A stretch of 64,000 bases of DNA, taken from positions 14,391 to 78,390 of the forward strand of contig JBNMQC010000003.1 in the NCBI GenBank assembly GCA_051277445.1. The letters are read 5' to 3'. Shown here piece after piece: positions 52,160 to 62,005 of this stretch. Below the pieces are notes generated by a model, which was given only the letters and a program-made list of their open reading frames with translations, was not told the DNA's origin and did no database searches. The DNA comes from Bermanella sp. (lineage in GTDB: Bacteria; Pseudomonadota; Gammaproteobacteria; Pseudomonadales; Oceanobacteraceae). Both the position numbers and the translations under genes were made by a program. Numbering within the stretch: position 1 is the stretch's first letter; every line of letters begins with the position of its first letter.

Positions 52160-54136
52160 ATGGATTTTTTTGAACACCAAGCCCATGCAAAAGCAGCCAG
52201 TCGTCGGCTGCTTTTGTTGTTTGTGCTGATCTGTTTTGTGTTTATCTCACTGGTAAATAGTGTCTTTTATCTATTTATTCATTTATTTCAAGCGACCCCT
52301 TCGGGTGTGACTGGCCCCAGTTGGTTGATGAGGTTTTTATCGTGGCAGTTTAGTGTCGACGGATTAATTGCCAGTTCCATCTCTATTTTTATTATTGGTA
52401 TTGGTTGCTTGTCTCGTTGGCTTGAATTGCGTAAGGGCGGTAATGGGTTGGCTATTAAAGTGGGCGCACGCTCCCTTGGCTTTGCTTCTAACGTTGAGAA
52501 AGAGCAGCAACTGATTAACGTGGTAGAGGAAATGGCCATCGCGTCAGGAGTTACTTCTCCTGGGGTTTATGTATTGGATCATGAGAAGTCTATTAATGCG
52601 TTTGTCGCAGGGTATAGCTTTCAAGATAGTGCTTTAGTCGTCACCAAAGGCTTGCTCGATAGTATGAGCCGAGATGAACTTCAAGCGGTTGTGGGTCATG
52701 AATTTAGTCATATTCTGCATGGAGACAATCGCATCAATATTCGCCTTCTGGTTTTGTTAGCGGGTTTTGTATGGGTAGTTGAACTCGGTCGTATGATGAT
52801 GGTGGACTCTTATTCACGCCATAAATACGGTGCTAAACATTGGGGGTTTAACTCTTGGAATAAACGCTCAAATAAAGACTCAGGCGCGGTGTTTTTTATC
52901 GGCATCCCTTTGATGATAGCAGGTTACATCGGTTTGTTTTTTGGCATGGTTTTACGTACTGCCATTAGTCGAAAACGAGAATACTTAGCAGACGCCTCTG
53001 CGGTTCAGTTTACGCGTAATCCAGAGGCCTTGGCCAGTGCCTTAAATGTGATTAAAGAAAATGCCCAGCATGGCTTTTTAAAAATGGCGCGGGCAGAAGA
53101 GGTGAGCCACATGTGTATCTCGCCAACAAAGCGATACAGCTGGTTCGCGACGCATCCACCCATTGAAAGCCGAATTAATGTTATCGATAACACGTTTTTT
53201 ACGCGCTTTAAATCGCGAATGCGTAAAAAAGACAAGCAAAAAGAACAGGCACAACAACAAAGCCAGATGAGGCAGGCCGCCAGTAGTATTTATCAGGCAG
53301 ATGTCAGTCGATTACAAAACGAAGGCAATCAGCACTTACATAATGTCATTGGTACTCTAACATTGGCAAATCTTGATTATGCTATAAGCCTGCATGATCA
53401 GATGCCATTTGAATTTCGACAATCTTTACAGGACCCTGAAAAAGCGAGGATTATGTTGCTGTACCTGTTGCTAGACGACAATGAGGTTGTTCGTCAGCAG
53501 CAGCAGGCGTGGTTGCTTGAACAATACCCAGATGCGGCCATGTACTTAAAAACCCTAACCTTGCTTGCCAGTTCGTTACAAGCTCGCTTTGCTATTCCCT
53601 TAGTGGAATTGTTGGTGCCACTGTTGAAAACCTTAGATGGCCAGGTGCAGCAGGGATTATTGGAGCAGGTGTTGGTTCTGGCTAAGTGGGATAAAAAACT
53701 GAATCTATTTGAAATTTGTTTGTATAGCCTGCTTAAGCAATCATTTTCAGAGATTTTACCTAATCGTTCATCTCATACGATTAAAAACATCAATGTTGTG
53801 TCGTATGAATTTAATTACATTATTTCATGTTTGATTCATAACACGGGCAGCGCTGAAAATGAAAGAAGCGCACTGCACAAGCGCATGCTTAATGTGTTTA
53901 CCATGAAGCAAGGTGCATTGATTGAAGAAAAAGAAATCAGTGCGAAAAAACTGTATTTAACGCTTAAAAAATTAGCCTCGCTTTCGCCCATGTTAAAGCG
54001 TTCACTCATGGACGTGTGCGGGGATATTGTCTTGCATGATGGTATTGTGCGTGCGCAAGAGTACGAAGCGCTAAAACTCATTAGTTTAACCTTATCTTGC
54101 CCTATGCCTGCTTTACCTTTAACAACAAGCACTTAA
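52160..54136 (+). CDS. M48 (HtpX-like) membrane zinc metalloprotease with a C-terminal extension
   Basis: NVVEEMAIASG, INAFVAG, HEFSH (HExxH), REYLADA and ATHPP motifs; about 300 extra C-terminal residues. Confidence 0.9.
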   Translation: MDFFEHQAHAKAASRRLLLLFVLICFVFISLVNSVFYLFIHLFQATPSGVTGPSWLMRFLSWQFSVDGLIASSISIFIIGIGCLSRWLELRKGGNGLAIKVGARSLGFASNVEKEQQLINVVEEMAIASGVTSPGVYVLDHEKSINAFVAGYSFQDSALVVTKGLLDSMSRDELQAVVGHEFSHILHGDNRINIRLLVLLAGFVWVVELGRMMMVDSYSRHKYGAKHWGFNSWNKRSNKDSGAVFFIGIPLMIAGYIGLFFGMVLRTAISRKREYLADASAVQFTRNPEALASALNVIKENAQHGFLKMARAEEVSHMCISPTKRYSWFATHPPIESRINVIDNTFFTRFKSRMRKKDKQKEQAQQQSQMRQAASSIYQADVSRLQNEGNQHLHNVIGTLTLANLDYAISLHDQMPFEFRQSLQDPEKARIMLLYLLLDDNEVVRQQQQAWLLEQYPDAAMYLKTLTLLASSLQARFAIPLVELLVPLLKTLDGQVQQGLLEQVLVLAKWDKKLNLFEICLYSLLKQSFSEILPNRSSHTIKNINVVSYEFNYIISCLIHNTGSAENERSALHKRMLNVFTMKQGALIEEKEISAKKLYLTLKKLASLSPMLKRSLMDVCGDIVLHDGIVRAQEYEALKLISLTLSCPMPALPLTTST

Positions 54137-54163
54137 CACTTTTCCTACCCCCTAGGTGATATG

Positions 54164-54183
54164 GCAATACTTGACTGTATTGC
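54164..54183. promoter_or_regulatory. Palindromic operator centred on a -35-like hexamer
   Basis: GCAATAC-TTGACT-GTATTGC, 58 bp upstream of the first gene of the operon; TATAAT at 54207-54212. Confidence 0.5.
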
Positions 54184-54241
54184 TCAGAATGCTACAAGTT
54201 GAGACATATAATCAATTTCAGTTCACAAAAGGGGGTGTGGC

Positions 54242-55030
54242 ATGTCCACACAGCTAACGCCAGCACAACTTCGTCATGCGATTCGCACGGGCGAGCACAC
54301 GACTAATACCTCTGGCCTATGCCAAGGTTTCGTGCAATGTAACGTAGCGATACTCCCTAAAGCGTGGGCGGATGAATTTCTCCAGTTTTGTCAGTTAAAC
54401 CAAAAACCTTGCCCTGTGGTGGCCATGGCCGCACAACCCGGTGATACGAACCTTGTCGAAATAGCCCCCGATTTTGACATTCGCACCGATGTGCCTAAGT
54501 ACCGTATTTGGAAACATGGTGAGCTTGTGGATGAGGTTGCTGACATCTCTAATGTGTGGCGCGATGATCTCGTCACCTTTTTACTAGGCTGTTCGTTTAG
54601 TTTTGAAGAAGCCTTGATCGCAGATGGTCTAGAAGTACGTAACATTTCTGAAGGCAAGAACGTGCCTATGTACGACACTAACATTGCGTGTCGAGAAGCG
54701 GGTCGTTTCCACGGCAATACGGTGGTGAGTATGCGCCCGTTTAAACCTGCCGATGCTATTCGTATGATTCAAATCTGTAGCCGTTTTCCCTCGGTTCATG
54801 GCGCGCCGATTCATTTTGGTGATCCAGCTGCCATTGGTATTAAGGATATTAATAAGCCCGAATACGGCGATGCAGTGACTATCAAAGACGGTGAAGTGCC
54901 TGTGTTTACCGCTTGTGGTGTGACTCCGCAGGCCGCCATCATGGCGGCAAAGCCTGAGTTTTGTATTACACACTCACCGGGCCACATGGTCGTCACGGAT
55001 ATTCCTAATTCTAAGCTAGCCATTTTATAA
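54242..55030 (+). CDS. DUF1445 family putative hydro-lyase (YcsI-like; N-terminal domain of D-glutamate cyclase)
   Basis: [57 protein letters not shown] and THSPGHM motifs. Confidence 0.9.
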   Translation: MSTQLTPAQLRHAIRTGEHTTNTSGLCQGFVQCNVAILPKAWADEFLQFCQLNQKPCPVVAMAAQPGDTNLVEIAPDFDIRTDVPKYRIWKHGELVDEVADISNVWRDDLVTFLLGCSFSFEEALIADGLEVRNISEGKNVPMYDTNIACREAGRFHGNTVVSMRPFKPADAIRMIQICSRFPSVHGAPIHFGDPAAIGIKDINKPEYGDAVTIKDGEVPVFTACGVTPQAAIMAAKPEFCITHSPGHMVVTDIPNSKLAIL

Positions 55031-55039
55031 GGAGTCATC

Positions 55040-55777
55040 ATGTCGTTGTTATTAAATTGTGATCTTGGTGAAAGTTTTGGCTCTTGGAAAATGGGCTTGG
55101 ACGAGGATGTATTCCCTCATATTGACCAAGCCAACATTGCCTGCGGTTTTCATGGTGGCGACCCGCTTGTAATGATGAAAACCCTAGGCCTAGCTAAAAA
55201 ATACGGTGTGATGGTTGGCGCGCACCCAGCGTATCCAGATCTTGTGGGGTTTGGTCGTCGCTCGATGAATTGTTCCGAGCCTGAAGTCATTGCATTCATG
55301 TTGTATCAGATGAGTGCGATGGACGGCATGGCAAAAACCCAAGGCTTAACCATGGAGTATGTAAAACCCCATGGAGCCTTGTATAACGATATGATGTCCA
55401 AGTTAGATGTGCGTCGTGCCATTATGCAAGCGGTGGCGCAATTCCATCGCCCTGTAAAATTAATGCTGCAAGCCACAAACGATGCCAAGGCCCATGAACA
55501 AGAAGCGGCAGACTTCGGTATTGATCTATTGTTTGAAGCCTTTGCTGATCGCTGTTATGACGACGACGGGAAATTACTCGCGCGCAGTAAACCCGGCGCC
55601 GTGCACACTAAAGAAAAAATGTTGGCGCAAGTAAAGCAGTTAAACGAGCAAGGCACCATTACCTCGGTGAGTGGTAATACCTTACATATAAAGGCGGATT
55701 CTTTATGCGTGCATGGCGACAACCTTGACGGTGTTCAAGCCATCGCTCAGATCCGCCAACTGATTCAAGGGTCATAA
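55040..55777 (+). CDS. pxpA: 5-oxoprolinase subunit A (LamB/YcsF family)
   Basis: LNCDLGESFG, ANIACGFHGGDP, VKPHGALYN, EAFADR.Y and SLCVHGDN motifs. Confidence 0.95.
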   Translation: MSLLLNCDLGESFGSWKMGLDEDVFPHIDQANIACGFHGGDPLVMMKTLGLAKKYGVMVGAHPAYPDLVGFGRRSMNCSEPEVIAFMLYQMSAMDGMAKTQGLTMEYVKPHGALYNDMMSKLDVRRAIMQAVAQFHRPVKLMLQATNDAKAHEQEAADFGIDLLFEAFADRCYDDDGKLLARSKPGAVHTKEKMLAQVKQLNEQGTITSVSGNTLHIKADSLCVHGDNLDGVQAIAQIRQLIQGS

Positions 55778-55778
55778 C

Positions 55779-56480
55779 ATGCGAATTCATGTGGCCGGTG
55801 AAAATGCCTTAATGGTGTATTTTGCAGACACGGTAAGCGATGCCACCAGTGCGCAAATTCAACATACCGCACAAGGGTTAGCCCAGCACTTGGGTGATGT
55901 GCTCATTGATCTTGTGCCCAGTTATGCCTCCATGCTGGTGCTGTTTGATCCGCTCAAAACCGACCATATTCATGTGCGTAAACTCATACGTGGTGCAGCT
56001 TCACACCCTCAAGTTGAGCAAGACTCTCAGCAAGAGAACATTGTGCGTTTGCCCGTTTATTATGGCAGTGAGACCAGCCCAGATCTTGCCCATATTGCGC
56101 AAAATGCAGGTTTAAGCGTTGAGCAAGTGATCGAGATTCATCAACAAACATTGTATCGGGTCTATGCCATTGGCTTTGCCCCAGGTTTTGCGTATCTAGG
56201 TGAAACCGATGCGCTCATCGCCACGCCCCGTCTTGCGACACCACGTAAAAAAGTGCCTAAGGGTGCGGTGGCCATTGCCGATCGTCAAACCGCGGTATAC
56301 CCAGCCCCAAGCCCTGGTGGTTGGAATTTAATAGGCTGTTGTCCCACGCCTATGTTTGATCCAAAAGGTACACCGGCTATGCCTGTACAAGCCGGTGATG
56401 CTGTGCAGTTTTATGCCATCGACAAGGACGAGTTTCTCGCTTTAGGTGGCACTTTTGACGCATGGGGAGAAATCGAATGA
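55779..56480 (+). CDS. pxpB: 5-oxoprolinase subunit B (KipI family)
   Basis: DLVPSYAS, GFAPGFAYLG, PKGAVAIA.RQTAVYP and PGGWNLIG motifs. Confidence 0.95.
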   Translation: MRIHVAGENALMVYFADTVSDATSAQIQHTAQGLAQHLGDVLIDLVPSYASMLVLFDPLKTDHIHVRKLIRGAASHPQVEQDSQQENIVRLPVYYGSETSPDLAHIAQNAGLSVEQVIEIHQQTLYRVYAIGFAPGFAYLGETDALIATPRLATPRKKVPKGAVAIADRQTAVYPAPSPGGWNLIGCCPTPMFDPKGTPAMPVQAGDAVQFYAIDKDEFLALGGTFDAWGEIE

Positions 56481-57436
56481 GCCCGTCTATTCAGATTTTA
56501 AACCCAGGTATTTTAACCCTGATTCAAGATGCTGGGCGTTACGGTCAGCACAGCGTGGGCTTAACCACAGGCGGTCCCATGGACCCGTTGGCGTTCAAGT
56601 GGGCCAATCGCTTAGTGGGCAACGACGAACACGTTAGCGCGTTAGAAACCACAATCGGTGGTATTAAAATCAAGGTGAACAGTTGCACACAAGTGGCAGT
56701 AACCGGAGCGGAAGTCTCCGTGAAGGTCAATGGCCAAGCAAAAGCGCAATGGCAAACCTTAAACTTGAAAGCGAGCGACGAATTAGAGCTGGGCTACGCC
56801 ACACAAGGCTGTCGCATTTATATTGCTTTCGCGAGTGGTCTGAATATCGAGCCACAATTTAACAGTACCAGTACTGTCGTACGTGAGGGTATCGGTGGTT
56901 TAACTGGCAAGGGCCTGCAAGCCGGTGATGTGCTTGAGCTTAACCATGAAACCCTTGAGGACAGCCGCTGGCAGTTACCTGAAAGCGCACGCCCTGTATA
57001 TGAAGACACTGTGACCTTGCGTTTGATACCCGGCTATCAAGAACACCATTTTTCTCGTCATCAACAGCGCATGTTCTTCTATCATGAATATAAGGTCAGT
57101 GACTTGTGTGATCGTATGGGCTATCGCTTAACCGGCCCTAAAGTGACCTGTGATATCGAAGGTATTTTATCTGAAGGGATATGCCTAGGTGCAGTACAAG
57201 TACCAAAAGATGGTCAACCCATCGTGTTGATGAACGACCGCCAAACCATCGGAGGGTATCCCAAAATCGGATCGGTGTTGTCGATAGATTTAGCCAAACT
57301 AGCGCAACTCACCGCCGGTGGCACCGTGAAGTTTGAACCCATAACCATTGACCATGCCCACAACGAATTGGCCCTTGCGCAATATCGCTATCGCCATCAA
57401 GCCCTCGTTGCTGTTACATCCGAGGAAATAAAATGA
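56477..57436 (+). CDS. pxpC: 5-oxoprolinase subunit C (KipA family)
   Basis: IQDAGRYG, GGPMD...ANRLVGN, DRMGYRL, GAVQVP.DGQPI and DRQTIGGYPK motifs; ATGA overlap with pxpB. Confidence 0.95.
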   Translation: MSPSIQILNPGILTLIQDAGRYGQHSVGLTTGGPMDPLAFKWANRLVGNDEHVSALETTIGGIKIKVNSCTQVAVTGAEVSVKVNGQAKAQWQTLNLKASDELELGYATQGCRIYIAFASGLNIEPQFNSTSTVVREGIGGLTGKGLQAGDVLELNHETLEDSRWQLPESARPVYEDTVTLRLIPGYQEHHFSRHQQRMFFYHEYKVSDLCDRMGYRLTGPKVTCDIEGILSEGICLGAVQVPKDGQPIVLMNDRQTIGGYPKIGSVLSIDLAKLAQLTAGGTVKFEPITIDHAHNELALAQYRYRHQALVAVTSEEIK

Positions 57437-58296
57437 GCCAATTAACCACGGCCATGCAGTTAAGCGTTGATATTGAAAACATGCTGGTAGAGCGCAACTT
57501 ACGGGGCATGAAAACCGTACAAGGCGCATTGCCACAAGGTTATGTATTGCGCGCTGCGCAAATGATGCTGCCCATCCGCGGCACGGTGTTGATCGGTACT
57601 GGTTTTCCTGTTGTGGATACGTTTGAAACCGATGGCCCTGTGGGCGCTATTGCACTGTATCAAGCATTCGAAGCGCTTGGTGCAAAGCCGGTGATTGTCT
57701 GTGGCGCGCCATTAAGTCAGGAGCTTGCCCAAACTTATCGCGTGCATGAAATCACCGTGGGCCCCGCTGCCCAGCGCGACGAAGAGGCCCTAAAAGGGTT
57801 AGCCCAATTGCAGCCTGAATTAATCGTATCCATTGAACGCCCAGGTCTGGCGGCCGATGGTAAGTACTACAATATGCGCGGTGAAGACATCAGTGCTCGC
57901 GCAGCTTGCTTCGATACGTTTTTGATTCATGCGCAGTGTCCAACCATCGCCATTGGCGATGGTGGCAACGAAATCGGTATGGGCAATATTCAAGACGCCT
58001 TAAAAGGGTTGGACATTCAAGCGGCGGCCACGGGCTGTAATGAGTTAGTGATTGCTGATGTTTCTAACTGGGCCGCACTGGGTTTGATTGCCATGTTGGA
58101 TTGGTTAAGCGGTCAAGACTTACTGGCCAAGTTAGATGCCATGGCGGTATTAGAATTCTTATCCAAACACGGCAGCGTGGATGGCGTGACCCGAGAAAAC
58201 ACATTAACCGAAGACGGTTTGCCTGCTCAGGATGGCATTGATTTATTGAACCGCTTACGAACGTTAGTCAGTGACAAGAAATTAGTTAGTCAATAA
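57433..58296 (+). CDS. DUF4392 family protein (D-glutamate cyclase-like C-terminal domain)
   Basis: GTGFP, ETDGPVGA, SIERPG, YYNMRG, IGDGGNEIGMG, VSNWAA and DGVT motifs; ATGA overlap with pxpC. Confidence 0.88.
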   Translation: MSQLTTAMQLSVDIENMLVERNLRGMKTVQGALPQGYVLRAAQMMLPIRGTVLIGTGFPVVDTFETDGPVGAIALYQAFEALGAKPVIVCGAPLSQELAQTYRVHEITVGPAAQRDEEALKGLAQLQPELIVSIERPGLAADGKYYNMRGEDISARAACFDTFLIHAQCPTIAIGDGGNEIGMGNIQDALKGLDIQAAATGCNELVIADVSNWAALGLIAMLDWLSGQDLLAKLDAMAVLEFLSKHGSVDGVTRENTLTEDGLPAQDGIDLLNRLRTLVSDKKLVSQ

Positions 58297-58321
58297 TGAA
58301 ACATTTTATAAGAGGTGCTTT

Positions 58322-59179
58322 ATGAGCATTGTATATTTAGACAATAGTTATATGCCGATGTCTGAGGCAAAAATTTCACCCATGGACCGTGGTTTTTTGT
58401 TTGGTGATGGCATCTATGAAGTGATTCCCGCTTATGATGGAAAGCTGGTGGGTTTTGGCCCGCACATTGATCGTATGAATCAAGGTTTGGAATTAATTGG
58501 TATTGATTTCAAATGGAACCAAGACCAGTGGCGTGAAGTGTGTGAGCAACTGATTGCCAAAAACGAAGGTGATAATCTAGGTATTTATTTACACGTCAGT
58601 CGTGGTGCCGATACCAAGCGTTTTCATGCCTATCCAGAAAATGTGGCGCCAACGGTATTTGCTTACGCGTTTGAAATTCCACCGGCGAATGTGCCAGACA
58701 AAACAAAAGCAAAAGGCTATAAAGTGGCCACGACACAAGACATGCGCTGGCAGCGTTGCAATATTAAATCCACCGCGTTGTTAGGCAACGTGATGCATTT
58801 CCAATTTGGTTATGCACAGGGTTACAACGAAACCTTACTTTATAATGCAAAAAATGAATTAACCGAAGCCGGTGCATGTAATGCTTACATCGTTAAAGAC
58901 GGTGTAGTGATTACACCGCCATTGGATAACCAAATTCTACCGGGTATTACCCGTTTAATGTTGCTAGAAATTCTTGCTAAATATAGCGACATTAAGGTAG
59001 AAGAGCGCATTGTCACCATGGATGAAGTGTTCAATGCCGACGAAGTGTGGATTACCAGCTCATCAAAAGAAATCGCACCAGTGGTTGAAATTGATGGTAA
59101 GCCAGTTGGTAATGGTGAAGTGGGTGATGTGTGGCTTGCTGCGCAAACTCAGTACACCGCACACAAATTTGAGTTTTAA
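58322..59179 (+). CDS. dat: D-amino acid aminotransferase (PLP fold type IV)
   Basis: DRGFLFGDGIYE, YLHVSRG...KRFH (the Arg/His pair typical of canonical DAATs), RCNIKST (PLP Lys), ILPGITR and TSSSKE motifs. Confidence 0.85.
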   Translation: MSIVYLDNSYMPMSEAKISPMDRGFLFGDGIYEVIPAYDGKLVGFGPHIDRMNQGLELIGIDFKWNQDQWREVCEQLIAKNEGDNLGIYLHVSRGADTKRFHAYPENVAPTVFAYAFEIPPANVPDKTKAKGYKVATTQDMRWQRCNIKSTALLGNVMHFQFGYAQGYNETLLYNAKNELTEAGACNAYIVKDGVVITPPLDNQILPGITRLMLLEILAKYSDIKVEERIVTMDEVFNADEVWITSSSKEIAPVVEIDGKPVGNGEVGDVWLAAQTQYTAHKFEF

Positions 59180-59222
59180 TTAGCTCAATACTTACTAAGT
59201 AAGTTAGTTTTCATACGCCCTT

Positions 59223-59258
59223 AAAAGCCTGTCTTTATTTTTAAAGATGGGCTTTTTT
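59223..59258 (+). terminator. Intrinsic terminator of the pxp-dat operon
   Basis: AAAAGCCTGTCTTTA...TAAAGATGGGC-T6. Confidence 0.8.
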
Positions 59259-59301
59259 GTTTGTACGGGTTTTATGATCAGAGACAAATGAAGGGTAAAA
59301 G

Positions 59302-59327
59302 AAAAAGGCGAGCTAAGCTCACCTTTT
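59302..59327 (-). terminator. Intrinsic terminator of the lpxL-like gene
   Basis: Minus strand AGGTGAGC-TTA-GCTCGCCT followed by a T-run. Confidence 0.75.
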
Positions 59328-59369
59328 AATGTATTTTAAATACGGTTATTTCGTAACAAGTATTTAATC

Positions 59370-60314
59370 TTATTTATACGGATTAGCATCCTCTGGATTT
59401 TCTTGAGTTTTAAAGCGCTTATGCAGCCACAGGTATTGGGCTGGATAGCGGCGAATCGCACCTTCTAACCATTCGTTATAGGCTTTTGCATCTTGCTCTT
59501 CATCGCCGGTTTCAGGTAAGGCTTCATAAAATTCTAAAATGTACTCTTGGCAGTCCTGCTTGCGATGGTAGCTGTAAGGTACAATGCGTGCGTTACCACT
59601 TTTGCTTAAAAATGTTAGGCCAGAGATCGTCGAAGCACGGCGGCCAAATAACGGTGCAAACACGGCGTACTTACGTCCGTAATCTTGATCCGGTGCATAC
59701 CAAAGGGCTTTGCCTCGATTTAAACAATCAATAAAGCCTTTCACGTTTTTTTTATGATAAGCATGGGTTACATAACGATAGCGTCCCCCCATAATAATGG
59801 CGTTCATGAGTTTGTTATCCAGCGGGCGATAAGTCACATTCATTTCGGTGATCAAACTGGTTAAGGCGCCGGCTAAATCTAAAATACTAAAATGAGCACC
59901 GGCCAATACAACGCCTTGGCCGTTATCTAAATACTTATCTAAATGTTCTTTACCACGCACATCAAGGGTTGATTTAAAACGTTTAAAGTTTCCAAACCAA
60001 GAGGTGGCACTGTCTAAATAGCCTTGCATGTTTTCATGAAAAATTTCTTTAACCAGCGCGTCTTTTTCTTTAGGGGTTAAGTCAGGAAAACAAATATCCA
60101 CATTCACCTGCACCACATGGCGACGACCTTTGGCCAAGTTGTATGTCAGCCAGGCGAGGCCTTTACTGATTTTCCATTGCACTTTAAACGGCATGAGTTG
60201 GCTGATGTATAAAAATGCGATAAACAACCAAACGCCCCAGTATTTGGCCTTAAGAAACTCCATCCGCAGTAAGCGGGTGTCTTCAATATGTTCAGGATTT
60301 TTTGTTTTTTTCAT
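59370..60314 (-). CDS. lpxL: Lipid A biosynthesis acyltransferase (LpxL/HtrB family)
   Basis: HFSILD (HX4D), YAPDQDYG, FAPLFG and PAQYLWLHKRFKT motifs. Confidence 0.85.
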   Translation of the reverse strand: MKKTKNPEHIEDTRLLRMEFLKAKYWGVWLFIAFLYISQLMPFKVQWKISKGLAWLTYNLAKGRRHVVQVNVDICFPDLTPKEKDALVKEIFHENMQGYLDSATSWFGNFKRFKSTLDVRGKEHLDKYLDNGQGVVLAGAHFSILDLAGALTSLITEMNVTYRPLDNKLMNAIIMGGRYRYVTHAYHKKNVKGFIDCLNRGKALWYAPDQDYGRKYAVFAPLFGRRASTISGLTFLSKSGNARIVPYSYHRKQDCQEYILEFYEALPETGDEEQDAKAYNEWLEGAIRRYPAQYLWLHKRFKTQENPEDANPYK

Positions 60315-60417
60315 TTTTTTCGGGCACTTTTAAAAGACGCCTTGGCACCTTAATGTGAATGAGGTTCGCAGACGAGACGATGTTGATACGTGAATCATGT
60401 TCGTCTGCGCAATGTAA

Positions 60418-61845
60418 TTAACTATGGGCTTTGATGCTATTGATGATATTGGTTGTACTGCAACCATCTTCAAAATTCAGCACCTGCACCTGACCACCAT
60501 TTTCGATGACTTCTTGGCCACCTGCGATGTCTTCGATTTTATAGTCGCCGCCTTTGACTAAAATATTCGGTAATAATTTAGCGATTAAGCGTTGCGGCGT
60601 GTCTTCAGTAAAAGGCACCACATAGTCCACACTTTCTAAGCCCGCCAGAACATCCATACGGTGGCTGGTTGGGTTAATTGGGCGGCCTTCACCTTTTAAA
60701 CGACGAACGGAGTCGTCAGAGTTCACTGCCACAATGAGCTTGTCGCCAAGCTTTTTCGCATTTTTTAAATAACTCACATGGCCTGGGTGCAAGATATCAA
60801 AGCAGCCATTGGTCATGACCAAGGTTTCCCCTTGTGCTTTAGCATCGTTGATGATTTCAAGCAGGGCGTCTTCATCCATGATGCCGCCATGAGCGATTTC
60901 ATCGGCTTTGGCTTCGCGGCGTAATTCAGCAAGGCTGACAGTCGCTGTCCCCAATTTAGCCACCACAAGCGCTGCGGCGGTATTGGCAAGGGCTGTGGCT
61001 TCTGCGAGGGGACTGCCAGCGGCATAGGCGGCGGCTAAGACACTGATTACCGTGTCGCCAGCACCAGTGACGTCATAGACTTCACGAGCGGTTGCAGCCA
61101 GGTGCACAGGTTGCTCGCCTTTTTGGAACAGGGTCATGCCCTTTTCACTGCGGGTAACCAATAACGCATCAAGCCCCACGGTGTTCAGTAGCTCAAAACC
61201 TTTACTGACCAATTCGGCTTCATCTTTGCAGTGGCCCACAACCTGTTCGAACTCGCTCATATTTGGCGTGATCAAGGTGGCGCCGGAATAACGTTTAAAG
61301 TCGCTGCCTTTTGGATCGATAAAAATGGGCTTGCCTGCCTCATTGGCCACGGCAATAAAGGCCTCAATATTGTGCAGAGCGCCTTTGCCGTAATCGCTTA
61401 GGATCACCACGTCGCACTCATGGATTTGCTGCTTATAGTTTTCCAGCATGCCGGAGTTATCAGCATCGGCGAAGGACTCTTCAAAGTCTAAGCGGATCAA
61501 TTGCTGATGACGGCTTAATACCCGCAGTTTGGTGATTGTAGGGTGACTCGCAATTGGGGTGAACTGAGTTTTAATGTTGTGGTGGCGAAGGGTCGCGGTG
61601 AGCACTTGAGCGTTTTCATCATTGCCCACAAGGCCCAGTACACTGGTTTGCGCGGTTAGACTGGCAATATTTAATGCCACGTTGCCTGCGCCACCCGCGC
61701 GATCTTCAATGTCACTGACTTTAACCACGGGCACAGGGGCCTCTGGCGAAATGCGTGAAGTTGGGCCGCTCCAATAGCGATCTAACATCACGTCCCCAAC
61801 CACTAAGATACGGGCATTGGCAAAGTTAGGAATACGCAAAGTCAT
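60418..61845 (-). CDS. hldE: Bifunctional heptose 7-phosphate kinase / heptose 1-phosphate adenylyltransferase
   Basis: [54 protein letters not shown] and KGGDY motifs. Confidence 0.97.
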   Translation of the reverse strand: MTLRIPNFANARILVVGDVMLDRYWSGPTSRISPEAPVPVVKVSDIEDRAGGAGNVALNIASLTAQTSVLGLVGNDENAQVLTATLRHHNIKTQFTPIASHPTITKLRVLSRHQQLIRLDFEESFADADNSGMLENYKQQIHECDVVILSDYGKGALHNIEAFIAVANEAGKPIFIDPKGSDFKRYSGATLITPNMSEFEQVVGHCKDEAELVSKGFELLNTVGLDALLVTRSEKGMTLFQKGEQPVHLAATAREVYDVTGAGDTVISVLAAAYAAGSPLAEATALANTAAALVVAKLGTATVSLAELRREAKADEIAHGGIMDEDALLEIINDAKAQGETLVMTNGCFDILHPGHVSYLKNAKKLGDKLIVAVNSDDSVRRLKGEGRPINPTSHRMDVLAGLESVDYVVPFTEDTPQRLIAKLLPNILVKGGDYKIEDIAGGQEVIENGGQVQVLNFEDGCSTTNIINSIKAHS

Positions 61846-62005
61846 GAATTAAAACCAAATTATTTTATTAGCCGGCTATGTTAGCACAAGCGTGAGAGTG
61901 CGGCAGTGCCCGATGCATCAGATATTGCAAGGTTTTGAGTCATAGGGGTAATCACCGGTTGGGGGTGTTAGAATGAGAGCAGGTTTCAATGGTATTCAAT
62001 AAATC

